DNA of 63,273 nucleotides, the filler included, from Perkinsus chesapeaki ATCC PRA-425 (taxonomy: Eukaryota > Protista > Perkinsozoa), in the NCBI GenBank assembly GCA_013115145.1. It is 8 parts of 8 records of this genome, joined end to end, with 100 filler letters (N's around TTAATTAATTAA, not from the genome) between each part and the next. Parts side by side here need not be neighbours in the genome. Positions count along the whole stretch, not along the records: positions 5,809 to 32,589 come from JAAPAO010000502.1; 7 more parts are not named here. One strand, 5' to 3'. Positions 11,034 to 25,039 of the stretch are shown in pieces. The notes under the pieces were generated by a model. The model saw nothing but the letters and a program-made list of their open reading frames with translations, searched no databases and was not told where the DNA came from. The translations under genes were made by a program, and so were the position numbers. Position 1 is the stretch's first letter. Each line of letters starts with the position of its first letter.

Positions 11034-14000
11034 ATCAGCGAAGACAGTCATTGAAATTTTACGAATATTCGTTAAACCTGATGGAATCAATCATATCGAT
11101 CTCCAAGAAACCTCGCCAATAACCAATTTCAGAAGATTTAAAATACACGACAGACTGTTTCGGAAAAAGAATCAAGAAGACTGGTCATTAAACGGTGATA
11201 GGCCATATGCCATTACCGAGAGGTAGGAGGGTTAAGTTTTTACCGGTAAGACCCGCGCACGGGTGAGGCGATGGCGAGTGATTAAAGAGTGTTCTTCTAT
11301 CCGCAAGCACATCTCTTAAGTTAAGCGCCGGGCAACCGTGGCGCGGCGCATCGCGACCTTGAGCGGCTAGTTCACTTGTGAGAAAACCAGGCCTGCAGTG
11401 AACGAACCCACAACAAACCGACAACAAGTAGAAGAAAAACCTCCAACGGCAGAGCGTGTCAGTTAGAGTTCCTGAGACAAGACTCGCTATACCGATGTCT
11501 TCAACAAATTAAAGGGAAAGGGGTAGACATCAGGCGCAGGGCAGCACGCAGTCCGGCGCACAGGTGGCGCAACCGCCAGCTGCTGCCCCGGACACTGCAA
11601 CCTGCGAATCCGCAACGGGAGTGCGGCAATACTCACGGCTTGCACTCGGTGGCTTATGTGGCGTTTACTAGAAACTTTTCGCAGCGACCGAACGAGTCTC
11701 CGTACACCTCAGAAGTTGACGCTCTGTTATTGGCCGCTCGCCCCACATTGCCAGCCTGCTGCCCGCATTGATGTCCACACTAATGTAGCTACCCAGTTAT
11801 CTATAATTCCTTTTGATCAGACACGTCAAAAGTCCTGAGAACGACTGTGAGTGAGACTCGAAGCGGTTCCGAAATTTTGCACGCGTGGAGCGAAACGGGT
11901 CACGCCACGCTAAGAATGACGGAAACAACCATTTCTCTGTGCGCCCTATTCACTGATGCCACATCAGGACTCAACTGTTGCCCCTGGCAAGGATATGTAC
12001 TATTCAAGACACAAGACTTCTTTTGGAGGCTCCAAATTGGAACAACACGCTCTCATAACGATCACTAATCCCAGTCCTTGCCACGACATTGGAGTCAATC
12101 ACTGTGGCCCTTAAGAATCCAATGGGGATCGCGCGACGCGATTGGCGCCATGTACATAGCTATTGCAAGTTGCAACTGATCTGTTTACTGGATGTATTGA
12201 TACGTTTCGTGTTTCGTAGTTTCCGCAGCAGAAAGTGAAAAATTCGAAATATCATATTATATTTTGGCAGGCTGTATTGATGGGGAGGTCGGATGGGGTT
12301 TACTAATACCGCCAACCTTATCGCCGCCTCTCGCCGCACCTTATCGTACTAGTCGACCCTGTAGTCCGTGCCCTGACTGTGCTCCCGGTTACTTCAGTGG
12401 AGGTTTGGAGTCTTCCTCTCCCAGCTAAACATACAGTACCGCATAGTTCCTCCTTCGAGGCTCGAAGCTCGAGCCCAATGTTGCTCATTAAAATAGAATA
12501 TTCGTAGTCAAAGTGAATTTCCTATAGGCCGGAGGATGCACCGGCCTGAAGGGAGCGCCAATGTTTTTCGCGTGTTCTGGACCAGAACTTCTGGTAGTCC
12601 GCATCAGATACGTTTCTGTTTGCAAACAGATTCTGTTTCTGTTATTTGTCTGGACAGGGTCACCCCGTCCGGCTGACAGAGGGGCCCAGAAGAGCGTCAG
12701 GGTAGGGTCGTTTCCCTTAGAATGACGCGGAGGTTTTCGGTCGAAAACTGGTAGGAAATCCCCAGTTCCCAAGAATTCTTTGCGAAGTACCTGGTTCTCG
12801 AATTCCTACCCGGAAATTTCCTGGAAATGGCGTTGAGAAATTAACTGTGTAAACCCCGCGCATGCGCATCGATCCTGTTTAACAGTTCTTCGTAAATTCC
12901 CATGACGGTCTTCTCTGATATGATAGCACGTCCGAGACTGTTGCAGTATATAACTGTGTGAGGTACTCACACAATTCCTGTCTATCGCACAATTGTCGTA
13001 CCATGGCATTACTAGCTTTCTTTACTCCTGATATTCTACTCATTACTCACTCTGTTCACTACCCTATCTCGTTGAGTCAACGACGTTAACTATGAGCCCA
13101 ATCTATAATTGTTGTGTTACGACTACGCCATCTGAGATAGCGAGTGAGCGAGTGGAAACTTTTCACTCGTTCAGTGCCATTCCGTACAGTCGCAACTGGT
13201 TCAGTGTCGCATCGTGTAGCTCCTGTACAGAGAAATTTCGTACACGTCGCGTTTTGCGCGAACAGGTAGTAGCTGACCCACTAGTGCTCGATTGTGATTT
13301 GTAGGCTTTTACGTGCTTCCTCCGGGGATTGATCCGAAGTCGCCTGCATGGCAAATAAGAAATACAACCACTAAAGCACAACGGCTGGGTCACGACGGTG
13401 GTTACGTAACGCAACATGCCTAGCATTGTGTGTGCCACAACTGACACATGTTGGGTTTTATTGAAGCCTCGTAATGGCTGCAAGTTGCAGCCTGCAACAG
13501 TGTTGCGGTTCTGCAGCAACACCTCGCGAAGCCCTACTTGTATTTGAGATCGAGCATAATCCACCTAGCGCTAGCGAAGATGTGGTAATTACATGTCAGA
13601 GGATGGTCTGATGCTGGTGAAGGCATCGATTATGAAAGACCTCAAAAAAGGGGGTGGTGCTTGCTCATTGAAGACGCATTCGTTAGCTGTTTGCGTGGTA
13701 AAAAAGCTAGATGCAGGAGCCTCTGTCGTACCGACGAACTGTCAATGACTCGGCTCAACAATCGTGGCATACTCAGAACTCTGCCCGTTATAGTTCACTG
13801 AAACATTCCCATAACGAGCTTGAAACGAGACAATTCACATGATTCCACCCCATCCTCCGCATAGGGCACTCCATCGACTTCGAAGTTTCGCTACCGGAAT
13901 ACCAGTAACCTCCGACATCAGCTCGTATCGTTCATCCTCGAGATAACTGAACAAGAGCATAAGGTGTGATCAATCTCGCCAGTGTTCGAGATTAACGACA

Positions 14001-14254
14001 AGGAAGAACTCGCCGTGGCCTGTTCCAAATACGTGTTGGCCAAGTTTCCCTGAAATCTCCGTTCAGGATGTGAGGACTCGGTGCTGAAACATTGTGTTGA
14101 GTGTCCCATTTGTGTTGCTCTGTGAATCTTAGCTGACTATTTTTAGCTTAGCTATAAAGTGGGTGAGATGCCATTGTAGAATAAGATTAAGTTTAAGTTA
14201 ATTCCTTTTATTTGTGTTTATCAATATGACCCTTCCCAGTGCGAGCCAATGCGA

Positions 14255-17200
14255 TCATGAAAACGTACAAGCGTCGACTCTCATGTCCCTTAAAGATTCA
14301 AAAGCGTCGTTTGCATATAATAGAAAATCCCATTGGAGTGAAATACATCATCAACAATTCCGAGCTAATGGGGATGTTCTCACTTGTCGGACCATCTCTC
14401 AACCTCACGAGCCATCATCCGTGGATCGTGATCGAGCCCTGTTTTCGGATCGTAGTCAGGATGATAACTACCACAAACCACACTTGCATACCGAAAGTGA
14501 CGTTACAAAGCACTCACACTCTCAACAAAGGATGCGCTGATAGGGGCAGATCCGACCGCTCAGCTGGAGCGAAGTATCTAATCAAACAACTTTCATGTGC
14601 CTTGAAAGATGATGGATACTCGCTCTTGGTATCCGGCAACTTGAAGAACATCGAAGACCAAGATGAGTCTCTCACTGCCAGGACATCCTCGTGTTCAAAC
14701 CAATCTGGCATCTCTACATCATTTGCTCCTTCTGAGTTTGCATGTTGATCGAACACTGATTGTCAGTGACAGACTGTGAATCGCATAAACCTACTCTGCT
14801 TGAAATACAACCCACGCACCAGTTCAGGCCTCATCAAGAACCTCAATAACACCCTCCACTCCTCTTGCATTATCTCTATCATCGCCTAATAACAAAAACA
14901 TATCACCAGTGGTGATTCACCACACAACAACAAAAACAGACTTACGGGTCGAATAACGTATCGTTGATAGAGATCTGGGTCACTTAGCGCTTTCTCAACC
15001 TGAGCGGCTTTCTCGGCGTTCCCATGCGTGCCGGTTGCTCCAAACTGATAGTGCCTAGAAATCATTCAATTGCCCCAATGCTGCGTTATCAGCCTACACG
15101 GCGTTGGTGGCTCTCTCGATGTGTTTGCGTGCACGATTAATCAGTTGATGAGTGACGTGGGATGCTAATGGTGAGCCTCGACCAATGTTATCAATGGTCC
15201 TCGATGCGAAGTCGCGAACATCATCCGGCAGTGAAGCTGAGGAACAGCCAACGCTGTTTGGCAAAGAATAACACGGCAATATCCACAGGGCGTGTGGTGT
15301 AGTGGTATCACGTCTGCTTTGCATGCAGAAGGCCCCGGGTTCAAACCCCGGCACGTCCATTTTTCAGCCATCCGCTCAAGATACTTACGATCGTCTCTAT
15401 GAGTCACGAGACTCTCCACAACATCAAACAAGTGCGGCTGGGAGAAACACTTCTGAATGAGACCGATGTAGGGTGCCAGCGACCACCTGATCACATCCAG
15501 GAACACTTCCGGAAGGAACAACGTTTGATCTTTATTCTCGCTTTATCTCTTGTAGGAACCAACCTTGTTAAAATATTTCTGTCATATTCGTATTAATATT
15601 CGTTCACATTGAGAACACCGTATCTCGGCTGTAAATGCGGCTGTAATATGTAAATCTTCCCATTGCATTGGAGTGTGTAATGCAATGTAAGTATGCATGT
15701 GTATTTTACAATTTAATTTTGAAAAAAATGTTTCACTTGCGGAGCCACAACGTCATACCGATTTCTTCAACAACAAACGCCCTGACGTACCCTTCTGGCA
15801 AATCCAAAAAGTGTTCCGATATTAGGGCTTTACCATCACTCTCACTCACCTAACAATTACACATCACCACACAGCATCCAGCACCCGGCTGCTGCTCACC
15901 TCCAGCTGCTTCTCACTCGTCACTTCTAACAATCTGAATGCATCCGGAGATATCCAGTTTTTAGCCAAGCCTACTCACGCACGACTCGGCATTATTACTT
16001 CTTAATAACTCACCGCAATACACAATATCTTGGCCTTTCACAACCTCTCCGGTAAGAGCAAGATAGTTACCGATACAAAACGGCAACCGAGCAAGCAAAA
16101 ACGACGCTCCCGCTACCTAAATCGATCATCCCACACTAAAAGATACGCTTTTACGCACTGGAAAGAATCCGTAGCGAGTTTGGTCGAACCTCACGGCGCT
16201 GTGATGATACGCTCCACTATATTCGCTCGACAAGCCACACCAGGCTGCAGCTGCATTCGTCACTTCGCCGTTGTATAGAGTCACCAAAGGCTTATGATAT
16301 TCCGCAACCATCAGACTGAGATCGAATCTGAACAAGGTGAGGATGATATAGTTATGATGCCCAAGCAGGGCTCCCCATGAACTTAATAACATATAAATAT
16401 TTTGTACGATTGTAACTCCGTTTCTCATTGTTATAAAAAGCTCGATGAAGTTTGTTTGTGTTCCTCCACACTCTTCACTTCTATGCACAGGAGCCCCTAT
16501 TCCAAAGGCAATAGAAGGGAAACTTTCCAAGTACATATTGATCGACACCAGTCGCCGCCCGGACACGGAGAACAGTTCTCCTACGTAGGATTAGGTAGGG
16601 ATAGCTAATGATGCTTCAACGATTATGGCCGATCCTGTATAACCGTAAATGAGTAAATGTAAAAAAATACGACTTCGACGCACTGTGAAGATTTTCAAAA
16701 AATATTCACGTAGTTTTTCGAACTCCAAATGTCATAACTATTTAAAAATAGACAACTTGACAACAAATATTTATTTTTAATGTGATTTATTGTATTGATA
16801 ATGTAATGAGAATGATATACAATATACCGAATCCTGATGATACTCATATTGATAATAATATTACTATTATATATTCTACTACTTTTATTACCATCATTCT
16901 AATACTCATATTCAGATATAGCACCTATAAAGCCTTACGCCATTTTCTTTTATTTTTATAGCGCCGCCCCTTCGTTTACCCCTCCCTGTTTACGCGATAG
17001 ACACCCCTCTCTGTGGTATTACAGATTCTTAAAGTACTCCAGTGCATATCTAGGTATCTCATTCCGGTACTGTGACGCCTGAAATAGTAAAAAATCGTCA
17101 CGGAGAATATGCAAGGTTCATAAAGCCCAACGAAGGTGTGAAGATATGCTTATAGCTCTTAAAGCCATGACGATTGAAGGTTCAAGCGTGTCATAAAATA

Positions 17201-18719
17201 TCTTTCCATACGAAGAACGAGAATACATCCTTCCCGGGTGAATGTAAAGCTCCTCCGAGACTGGTTGAAGAGAAGTCATTAACAAACCACGACGATGTTG
17301 ATCCGAAAACCCGCCGTAGATCCTCGATACTTGCGCCAGAAGTAGAAGGTCTTGCAGATTGATATCTCCCGCGAAATTATCTCTGTGAGAGCTCGTAAGA
17401 CACACCAGCCTCTTAGTAGTGTTGACCTGGCGCGAGAATGATATACCACAGCAAATATCATCATTACTTCCAAATTTCTCAATCGACGATAAAGCGAGTT
17501 GATCATCGGCAGATCAATACTCTTTGAATTAGCAATCAGCATCCCCATGCCTGAGAGGCGGAAAGTCTTTTAATATTATTAATTCCCTTCGTCTGCTTAC
17601 CGACGTTGTTTCGCTCCAAAATAGGTGACTTTAAAGTGGGATCGTCCGCATATCTGACAGCCGGTATCAACAGGGGTATTGTCATTATTGATACAGCTGA
17701 TACGTTATCACGAAAAATGCTTACTGAAGATATATTGATTTATTAGTAATATATTGTGATAAAGCCACATACGACCCTACTAGTCATTCCTTCATATTAA
17801 TTAAATAATATATTATAATGAAGCCCAATACTTCATTTGCCGATCTAGTCACTCTATTGACAATTTCACAATGTCACACGAAATTCGTTGAACAACAGAT
17901 CCCCAAGACGCCTACTGTGAACTAGTGATTCGCCTTCTTCGATTAGCATGACATTATCAACTGATTCTGTCAATACGACTACTACCTGGTGAGTCGGATA
18001 CTACACTAAATATGATCATATAACATATTTTCTACAGCGTAACATCGTAAACATACACCCACTGCTTCAGTACATTGCATTATCGCATCACCATATGATC
18101 TATTCTATGCTTCATCATACAAAATTAATATTATGAATATATAAAAATCATTGCCGACTTCCGAGCTTTAGCTAAAATCAATACATTTTCCGACGTTCAA
18201 TCGCTGTTTGATAAACCCTCCTATAACTACTACCTCCATTCTGCATCTATATGTTCGGCAAACAGGACACTTTGAGGGTCTATAAATTGATACTGAGAAA
18301 ACGAACAAATTCAGCCACAATCTTCGATATACCAGTCTCACAAACGCATGAACAACTTCTCCAGACATACCAGTTCCTAGTATTTTACTACTAGAATCGC
18401 AGGAGCCGACTAATCGGCAATGAATTTATAGACTTCGTCCGAGAATCAGCGATAGGCACGATCTCGACGTTTAGCAAATTTAAGATATGAGCGAGGTCAC
18501 CATTTTATTATCGAAGATAAAGATATCGTTCCGTTTCACACTGCTCTTAATTATCAAACAACGATAATTTCGTGGCGAGTGACGCTAACCCGATAGTACA
18601 GGACTCCTTTTATCATCGTTATACTTCTCGTCCCCTCGGAAGAATCCTGTTCTGACATGTCGAACCTGCTGAAGACTAATCATGGCTGGCGCTGTCGTCC
18701 GAGCTGGCCTTATGATCAT
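14255..18719 (-). CDS. Multi-exon 3-hydroxyisobutyryl-CoA hydrolase-like (crotonase fold) protein with mitochondrial-type presequence; catalytic motifs degenerate
   Basis: Spliced exons read IDLPMINSLYRRLRNLE|VNTTKRLVCLTSSHRDNFAGDIN, MVAEYHKPLVTLYNGEV, YGFFP|VAGASFLLARLPFCIGNYLALTGEVVKGQDIVYC|GLAKNWI, WSLAPYIGLIQKCFS, FASRTIDNIGRGSPLASHVT and PDWFEHEDV, all collinear with HIBCH. First exon MIIRPARTTAPAMISLQQVRHVRTGFF. Gene ends and exons between 17550 and 18600 are approximate. Confidence 0.8.
15288..15359 (+). tRNA. tRNA-Ala(TGC), complete
   Basis: GGGCGTG/CACGTCC acceptor stem, D-loop TAGTGGTA, TCTGC-TTTGCAT-GCAGA anticodon arm, CCGGG-TTCAAAC-CCCGG T-arm, T5 terminator at 15360-15364. Confidence 0.97.
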
Positions 18720-19954
18720 TCCATTTAGCATTATAAAATAAACTGTCAATCGAGTGGTGACGCTAACTCAGCAAGGAAGAGGGACTCAAACGGCTGGGGG
18801 GGGCTTTATACTGTATAAAGCGTCCCATCCTTTGGATTATATAAATCATACAAAGTGGATCCAGCCAGCCGACCGTTTCACAAGTATCTTGACAGACGAC
18901 TTGGCAATAGATGAAGTATGCGCACTGTGAATATCAGCTTCATATCCACAACAAGAATAACACTTTAGACGGAATCTTGAGACGGCGGCGACCATCGAGG
19001 AAATGAGATATCAGATTTCAAAACCAACTTGTTAATCTGCGCCATCAAAAATACTTGAAATTTACTCTCCAATCTACTGTGTCGATGAGATATCCCGCAC
19101 TGTGTATGTTGCAACACGCATTTCATCAATACGTTAACCGTCGCTGTTAAATGGCTGCTTCTCTACCGATCACCAACGCCCTTAGTTTATAGGTTGCTTG
19201 AAAGATAATCGAAGACTGGTGTGACCATACTACCCTTATCAGTATTTATAGCACAACCTCATGAGAGAGATAACGGTGATGCCTCCATCGACTTCATCGC
19301 CTACCTGCCGGAGAGTCTGCTGTTAACGAGAGCTCCTTGTCCTTATATACATATAATGCAGCCCAGCAAGTAAAGATGACGCCTACAATTTCCAGCAATT
19401 TCTGTGGTAATTGATACTAGCACTACGGGAAGCGGCCCAAAAGTCTGAATCTTTCAAACACAGTGGTTGTTGACTTTCATAGTTATTCGATTTTTGCTCA
19501 GACTTAGGGCGAATGAATCGATTCTTGTTCTTAGTCCCCGCACCGATAGAATGTTTCTCAGTTTTAGATATCTGTCAAAATCGAACACACTGTAGATACT
19601 AATAAAACCAATCAACTACCGAATTCATGTCATCTCGTCTGACACTGTTATACCTCGACCACCGACATCTTCAATAGGAGAATGTTTTCGTACTTCGTCA
19701 CAGTGTCCAATATTGAATGAACTCAATAAGATACTAACTCATAACAGAAACTTGCCAGCACTAACATGCTCTCCATCTTCATAGAATACTCAGCGTCACG
19801 CGCCACGAAATTACTTGTCATTTTATGATACTATTTGATCTGTGTACACTTTCTAAGATAAACATTTGTATACGATTTTCATGTAAGAATAAAAAATGGC
19901 AATTAACCTGACGAAAAAGCCAATTCTCACGCGCCACAAAAATATTCTTCTTAC

Positions 19955-21015
19955 CAGACCAGCTATGGAGTCTTCAACCTTAGATTCGTCAACATCTCCC
20001 GAACACATTCCTCCCACTGAGGATGATTCCCCAACGACTCCTGCTACAGCACGTCTGACGAGAATGAAGATATTTTATGGTATAGGGCGGGCTTGAAAAT
20101 AATAACAAGTAGAATAATCAGATTCGTTTTGGTATAGTCTATGATGAAGTATGATATTTTGTCATGCCTATACTATAGACATGACAAAATACAATACGGA
20201 AAGGTGCGAACAAGTCAAAGAGTAGGATTCTTATAAAAGGAAAATAATAAAAGTGAATGTCAAATAAAAAGACTCGGCAAAATTCCAGTGCAAAAATGAT
20301 AACTGAATATCATACAGAAAGACTTTTGAAAAAGTTCTCGAGTGAGAGATGATAAAATATAAAAATTGAATGTATGAGCACAAGCTTACCGAACTTGCTC
20401 GGGGAATCCCGAGATCGGCGCTTCACCAACAATCCTCGGCAAGGAAACTGAGGACGCCATCGATCGGCTGAAATTGGCATTATACCTGAAAGATAGGGCA
20501 AAAGGACGAAAGAGCATTCAGGTATATTCCACACACTGAAGGATAAAGTAGGTCATTTAAGTACGTCTAAAAAGACTGCGAAGTGCTGTCGATGGAGTCC
20601 ACATGAAATTTAGAATCTATAATTTTCTTTCATCACCCTCATCTGCGGGAATGTCAACGGTATGCCACTAATCAAGGCTCAGAGGTTTGTGAGCATATGC
20701 CGCATACTGAAGCATAGAGATAACAAAGTAGATAGAGTAAACATTTCTTATATAAAAGGACAGCGAAGTCCTGTTGTAAAAGTATTATATAAATATATTT
20801 CATAAATCGCAATAATGGATACGACCGGATTCACTCAGAGATGAGGTTACATAATAACATACAAATTCAATACTCAATACAGACAGTGACCAACATCGAT
20901 AAGCATCTTCGGACATCTGCCGCACTCACGCCTTTGCCCAAGATGACGCCCCTCTTGCTTTAGCAAATCTAACTCCAGCTTGGAAGCCTTTGGATGCAAA
21001 CCGTCCAGTAGGCAT
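19955..21015 (-). CDS. Small-gene family copy F (unknown function)
   Basis: Exons 21015-20930, 20485-20390 and 20054-19955 splice to MPTGRFASKGFQAGVRFAKARGASSWAKAYNANFSRSMASSVSLPRIVGEAPISGFPEQVRRAVAGVVGESSSVGGMCSGDVDESKVEDSIAGL. Last exon not resolved. Confidence 0.8.
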
Positions 21016-21460
21016 AAATAAAACAACAACTAAACCTAGTGATGGAATAAATCAATATATAATCGACTTTTCTTTAGCAACTGAATACAAGCAGCAGACA
21101 ATCCTAAACGGACTGAAGTTGATATGCTTCCACAAAACCGACACAACTTCAACACCCCCAACGCGAACAAGTCAAGCGATCAGAAACATGTCATAATTCA
21201 CCTTATACCAAACCACAACTTGTTTGAATAGCTAGTTGACTTACTATGTTCAATAGAATACAATGGCATTCAACTAGTTATTATTGTTATCGATAGATAA
21301 GGATGTTGTTAATATTTTGGATGATAATTGAAATGCCTGAAGCGAATACACAGCAGACGTGACATAATATCAGATTATTCAACGATCTTTTTAATAAGCC
21401 CTAGTTTTAACTCATCTATAATATTAACTCAAAGTACAGGACAATCGACATAATTCTTAC

Positions 21461-22129
21461 TAAAGCAATCATTTCTTCCAGCTCATCTTCGGGAATGGTC
21501 TTCGCCGCACAACCCCCAGCAGACGTCATCTCGCTTGAAATACTCATAGATATCATAGGTCTAATTAGGCTCCAGAATCGATCACGTGATCGATTTGGGA
21601 ATCTTACGGTATTTGCTCTGCAAATCCCTGCAATGGAGCCTCCCCAACTATTCGAGGTAGGGTACCCAAAGTTGAGACCGATCGAGCGAAGTTAGCGTTA
21701 TACCTGACAAATGGTAAAATTGAACACACAGTATAATAACCAATAATAGAAAGAGGATACAGCTGCAAGTAGTAATGACGGGCTACGCAGAGAAAAGACG
21801 ATAAGATAATAATAAATAGGAGTGATATTCAAACAAGGCCAACGGGGTATCTATTATATCACAAGCAACCTGGATGATACATGAAAAAATAAATGATGGA
21901 AAATATAAAATAAAATGTACAGAAATATATAATGTTCAGGTGATATAGAATCCAGTATGCTTCCAAGAAGATCGAATAATACGAAATGAAGCTCAACTGT
22001 GACCCTCATCATGAGTCAACGACAGACATGAGAAGGATCTAATTCTACTTACGCTCGCGCGAACGATGATGTCCCTCTGGCACGGGCAAAGCGAGCTCCG
22101 GCCGACATACCTCTTGAACAGAAGGTCAT
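21461..22129 (-). CDS. Small-gene family copy E (unknown function)
   Basis: Exons 22129-22053, 21703-21608 and 21560-21461 give MTFCSRGMSAGARFARARGTSSFARAYNANFARSVSTLGTLPRIVGEAPLQGFAEQIPPMISMSISSEMTSAGGCAAKTIPEDELEEMIAL. Exon 2 (96 nt) and exon 3 (100 nt) match copy F in length. Confidence 0.8.
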
Positions 22130-22393
22130 CGGGAATAAAACAAAAGCGGAAACAGTTGAAGCGAAATAACACGATAGAGTAATAAATATACGGAAACAAA
22201 GTTCATGAGGATAGGCATCGAACTGACCTATTTTGTATCTTACTTGCCCAACCTAAAAGATATGCGTAGTTATTCTGTGTATTATTATTAACTTACTCTT
22301 TGCTCCATGAGCTAATACCACCACCCAAAAATGATATAATATTCCATGAAACCAACTGATATATAATAATAAATTATATATATTATTATTTAC

Positions 22394-22676
22394 CTGTTCT
22401 TCAGTTACATTATCAAGATCAATACCATCTATTGGACTTGAATCAGATCCAGTCATAGCTTGACCAACAATCAATTCACCACCTCGATGTTGTTCGGCAA
22501 ATCCTTCTCTTGGGCATTCACCAGTTTGTAATAGAATCTTTCTACTTGCCGATGAGAAGCATCGATTATATCTAGATAATAAATAATTAATAATTAATAT
22601 AAATAACTTACTCATCTGCCCATAATGATATCCCTCTAGCACGAGCGAACCTTACAATATGATTACTACGACGCAT
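22394..22676 (-). CDS. Small-gene family copy D (near-identical to copy B)
   Basis: Exons 22676-22612 and 22571-22394 give MRRSNHIVRFARARGISLWADEYNRCFSSASRKILLQTGECPREGFAEQHRGGELIVGQAMTGSDSSPIDGIDLDNVTEEQ. Confidence 0.75.
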
Positions 22677-23681
22677 TAACACTTCAACATCTATAAGAAT
22701 TAATTGAGAAAACTGAACCAAACAAAATCTGCAAAATAACCTCTGAAACCCATCATTAGTATTAACATTAGATATCTTCAAGCATTGAGATTTGACTGCG
22801 TGAGGCTCTTTCCATGCTATGAGCCTCACCAAGATCTGAAATGACATTATCAATGAACACACTTCAACGAGAAGTCGAGAAATGAAAGGTCTACAGGAAT
22901 ACGAAAAGATATCGAAAATGCGTATGGAGAAAGCTACTGAGTGCATATTAAAGGAGAGGTAAATCTCTATAACCAAGTCGTATTTCATATTATTAGAAAA
23001 AGTAAGATAGGAAAGTATGTCTAGAAAAATGATCCATTCCACTTCAACTTTAATTTTACAAACCAATGAAGGCTTTACGAAATCTCTGGCATATCTTCAA
23101 CGATTATTAAATGTAACAAGTAGTGGAGATGATGATGATGACTTACTCTGGTGGTACAGCGCCAACACCGGGACCAAAGCCAGTTATCATATTCCAACTC
23201 ACTATCTGACAGAATGATATATTCATAGATATGATAACATCGAGACAACGACAGAAAATGTAGAGTGGATGAAAAATTGGTAGGAATGAAAATCCGTAAT
23301 AATTATGAAGTTCATGTAAAAAAATTGAGAATAAAAATGCAATAAATGAAAAGAAGTAGGAATGTGACACAGTGGAAAGTAGACAGAAAAGCAGATGAAA
23401 TGGCATACAGTAGCAACGAACCAAAAGAATGAACAACGAATAAAAATGCGATGACATCTACGAAAATACCGATTCAACAATAGTAATCAAGCAGGAATAT
23501 GATAGAGTCGGAAGTGAACAGAAAAGCCAAAAGGATGGCATACAATACCAACAAACCATGATAGAGCGACCTCATAATAAACGAATGAAAATGCGATACC
23601 ATCTACGAAAATACCGATTAAACTATTCGTAATAGTTCAACCACACCATTTTGGAATACAAAACATGTTAAATCGTCCTAC

Positions 23682-24483
23682 TTGTTCATCAGTCAAATCC
23701 TCCATATCAACACCATCCATAATACTACTATCCGATCCGGATAAAGCTTGACCCATGATCAGTTCACCACCCCTAAAGGCAAAACTTTTATTTCATATCT
23801 ACCAGAAAAAAACCTTACAAAATAGAAAAATAACGCTATATTTCCTACGTCAGAATTAGCCCTAAAAAGCAAAATGTTTATAATAGCAATTGCAATTCTT
23901 CGGCGGATATCTCGTAGAGCACATACGAGCCGAGTCGATCGGTTGGATACGATATTGACGTGATTGATCGATAACAAAATTTATTAAGAACTTGTGATAG
24001 TCGGTGAGGTATGAATATTCACAATAAAATTCCACTGCAAGATTGAAAGCACGCAATGGTAGACTATAATTTCGAAATTGGATTGTATTCCGTATTTCAC
24101 CATGAAAAATACAATTCGATGTTCATACAAGTAAAACTATCACTTCTTAAGGTCCAAACTTCGTATAAAAATTTTCCTATGAAATCCATCACGGCAGCAT
24201 CTTTTGAACTTCCAATCAATAGCAAATCGGACATAAGACCAATAACATTTTTCAGGCGTAAATAGAGCGGGCTAACCATTGCTTACCTGCGTTGTTCAGC
24301 AAAGCCCTGAGCCGGACTTTCGCCCATCACAGCGACCACATTACGACTGACGACTGCGGTGAAGCAACGATTATATCTGGGTAAAAAATTCACGACATGA
24401 TACGGAGTAAATGCTCACTCTGTAGCCCAGGCAGATGTCCCTCTAGCACGAGCGAAACGAACAAATTGATTGCCGCGGCCCAT
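23682..24483 (-). CDS. Small-gene family copy C (unknown function)
   Basis: Three exons (third at 23772-23682) give MGRGNQFVRFARARGTSAWATEYNRCFTAVVSRNVVAVMGESPAQGFAEQRRGGELIMGQALSGSDSSIMDGVDMEDLTDEQ. Confidence 0.78.
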
Positions 24484-24756
24484 AGAAAATAAAAAGCTGA
24501 AATCGACAAAGCCGGGATGAAACCGAACAAATAAAGGATGTTTCTGAAACATTATGAACCATCTATGAACATGGAGGGTGCCAAGTTAACCTATTTTGTA
24601 TCTTACTTGCCCAACCTAAAAGATATGCGTAGTTATTCTGTGTATTATTATCAACTTACTCTTTGCTCCATGAGCTAATACCACCACCCAAAAATGATAT
24701 AATATTCCATGAAACCAACTGATATATAATAATAAATTATATATATTATTATTTAC

Positions 24757-25039
24757 CTGTTCTTCAGTTACATTATCAAGATCAATACCATCTATTGGAC
24801 TTGAATCAGATCCAGTCATAGCTTGAGCAACAATCAATTCACCACCTCGATGTTGCTCGGCAAATCCTTCTCTTGGGCATTCACCAGTTTGTAATAAAAT
24901 CTTTCTACTTGCCGATGAGAAACATCGATTATATCTAAATAATAAATAATCAATAATTAATATAAATAACTTACTCATCTGCCCATAATGATATCCCTCT
25001 AGCACGAGCGAACCTTACAATATGATTACTACGACGCAT
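24757..25039 (-). CDS. Small-gene family copy B (unknown function)
   Basis: Same two-exon structure and protein as copy D apart from a few substitutions. Confidence 0.75.

Noticed and set aside
16540-16580. CPGGD string resembling a second crotonase CAGGD motif
   Set aside because: Out of frame with its surroundings, and the true equivalent motif maps to about 17370. One domain explains the gene.
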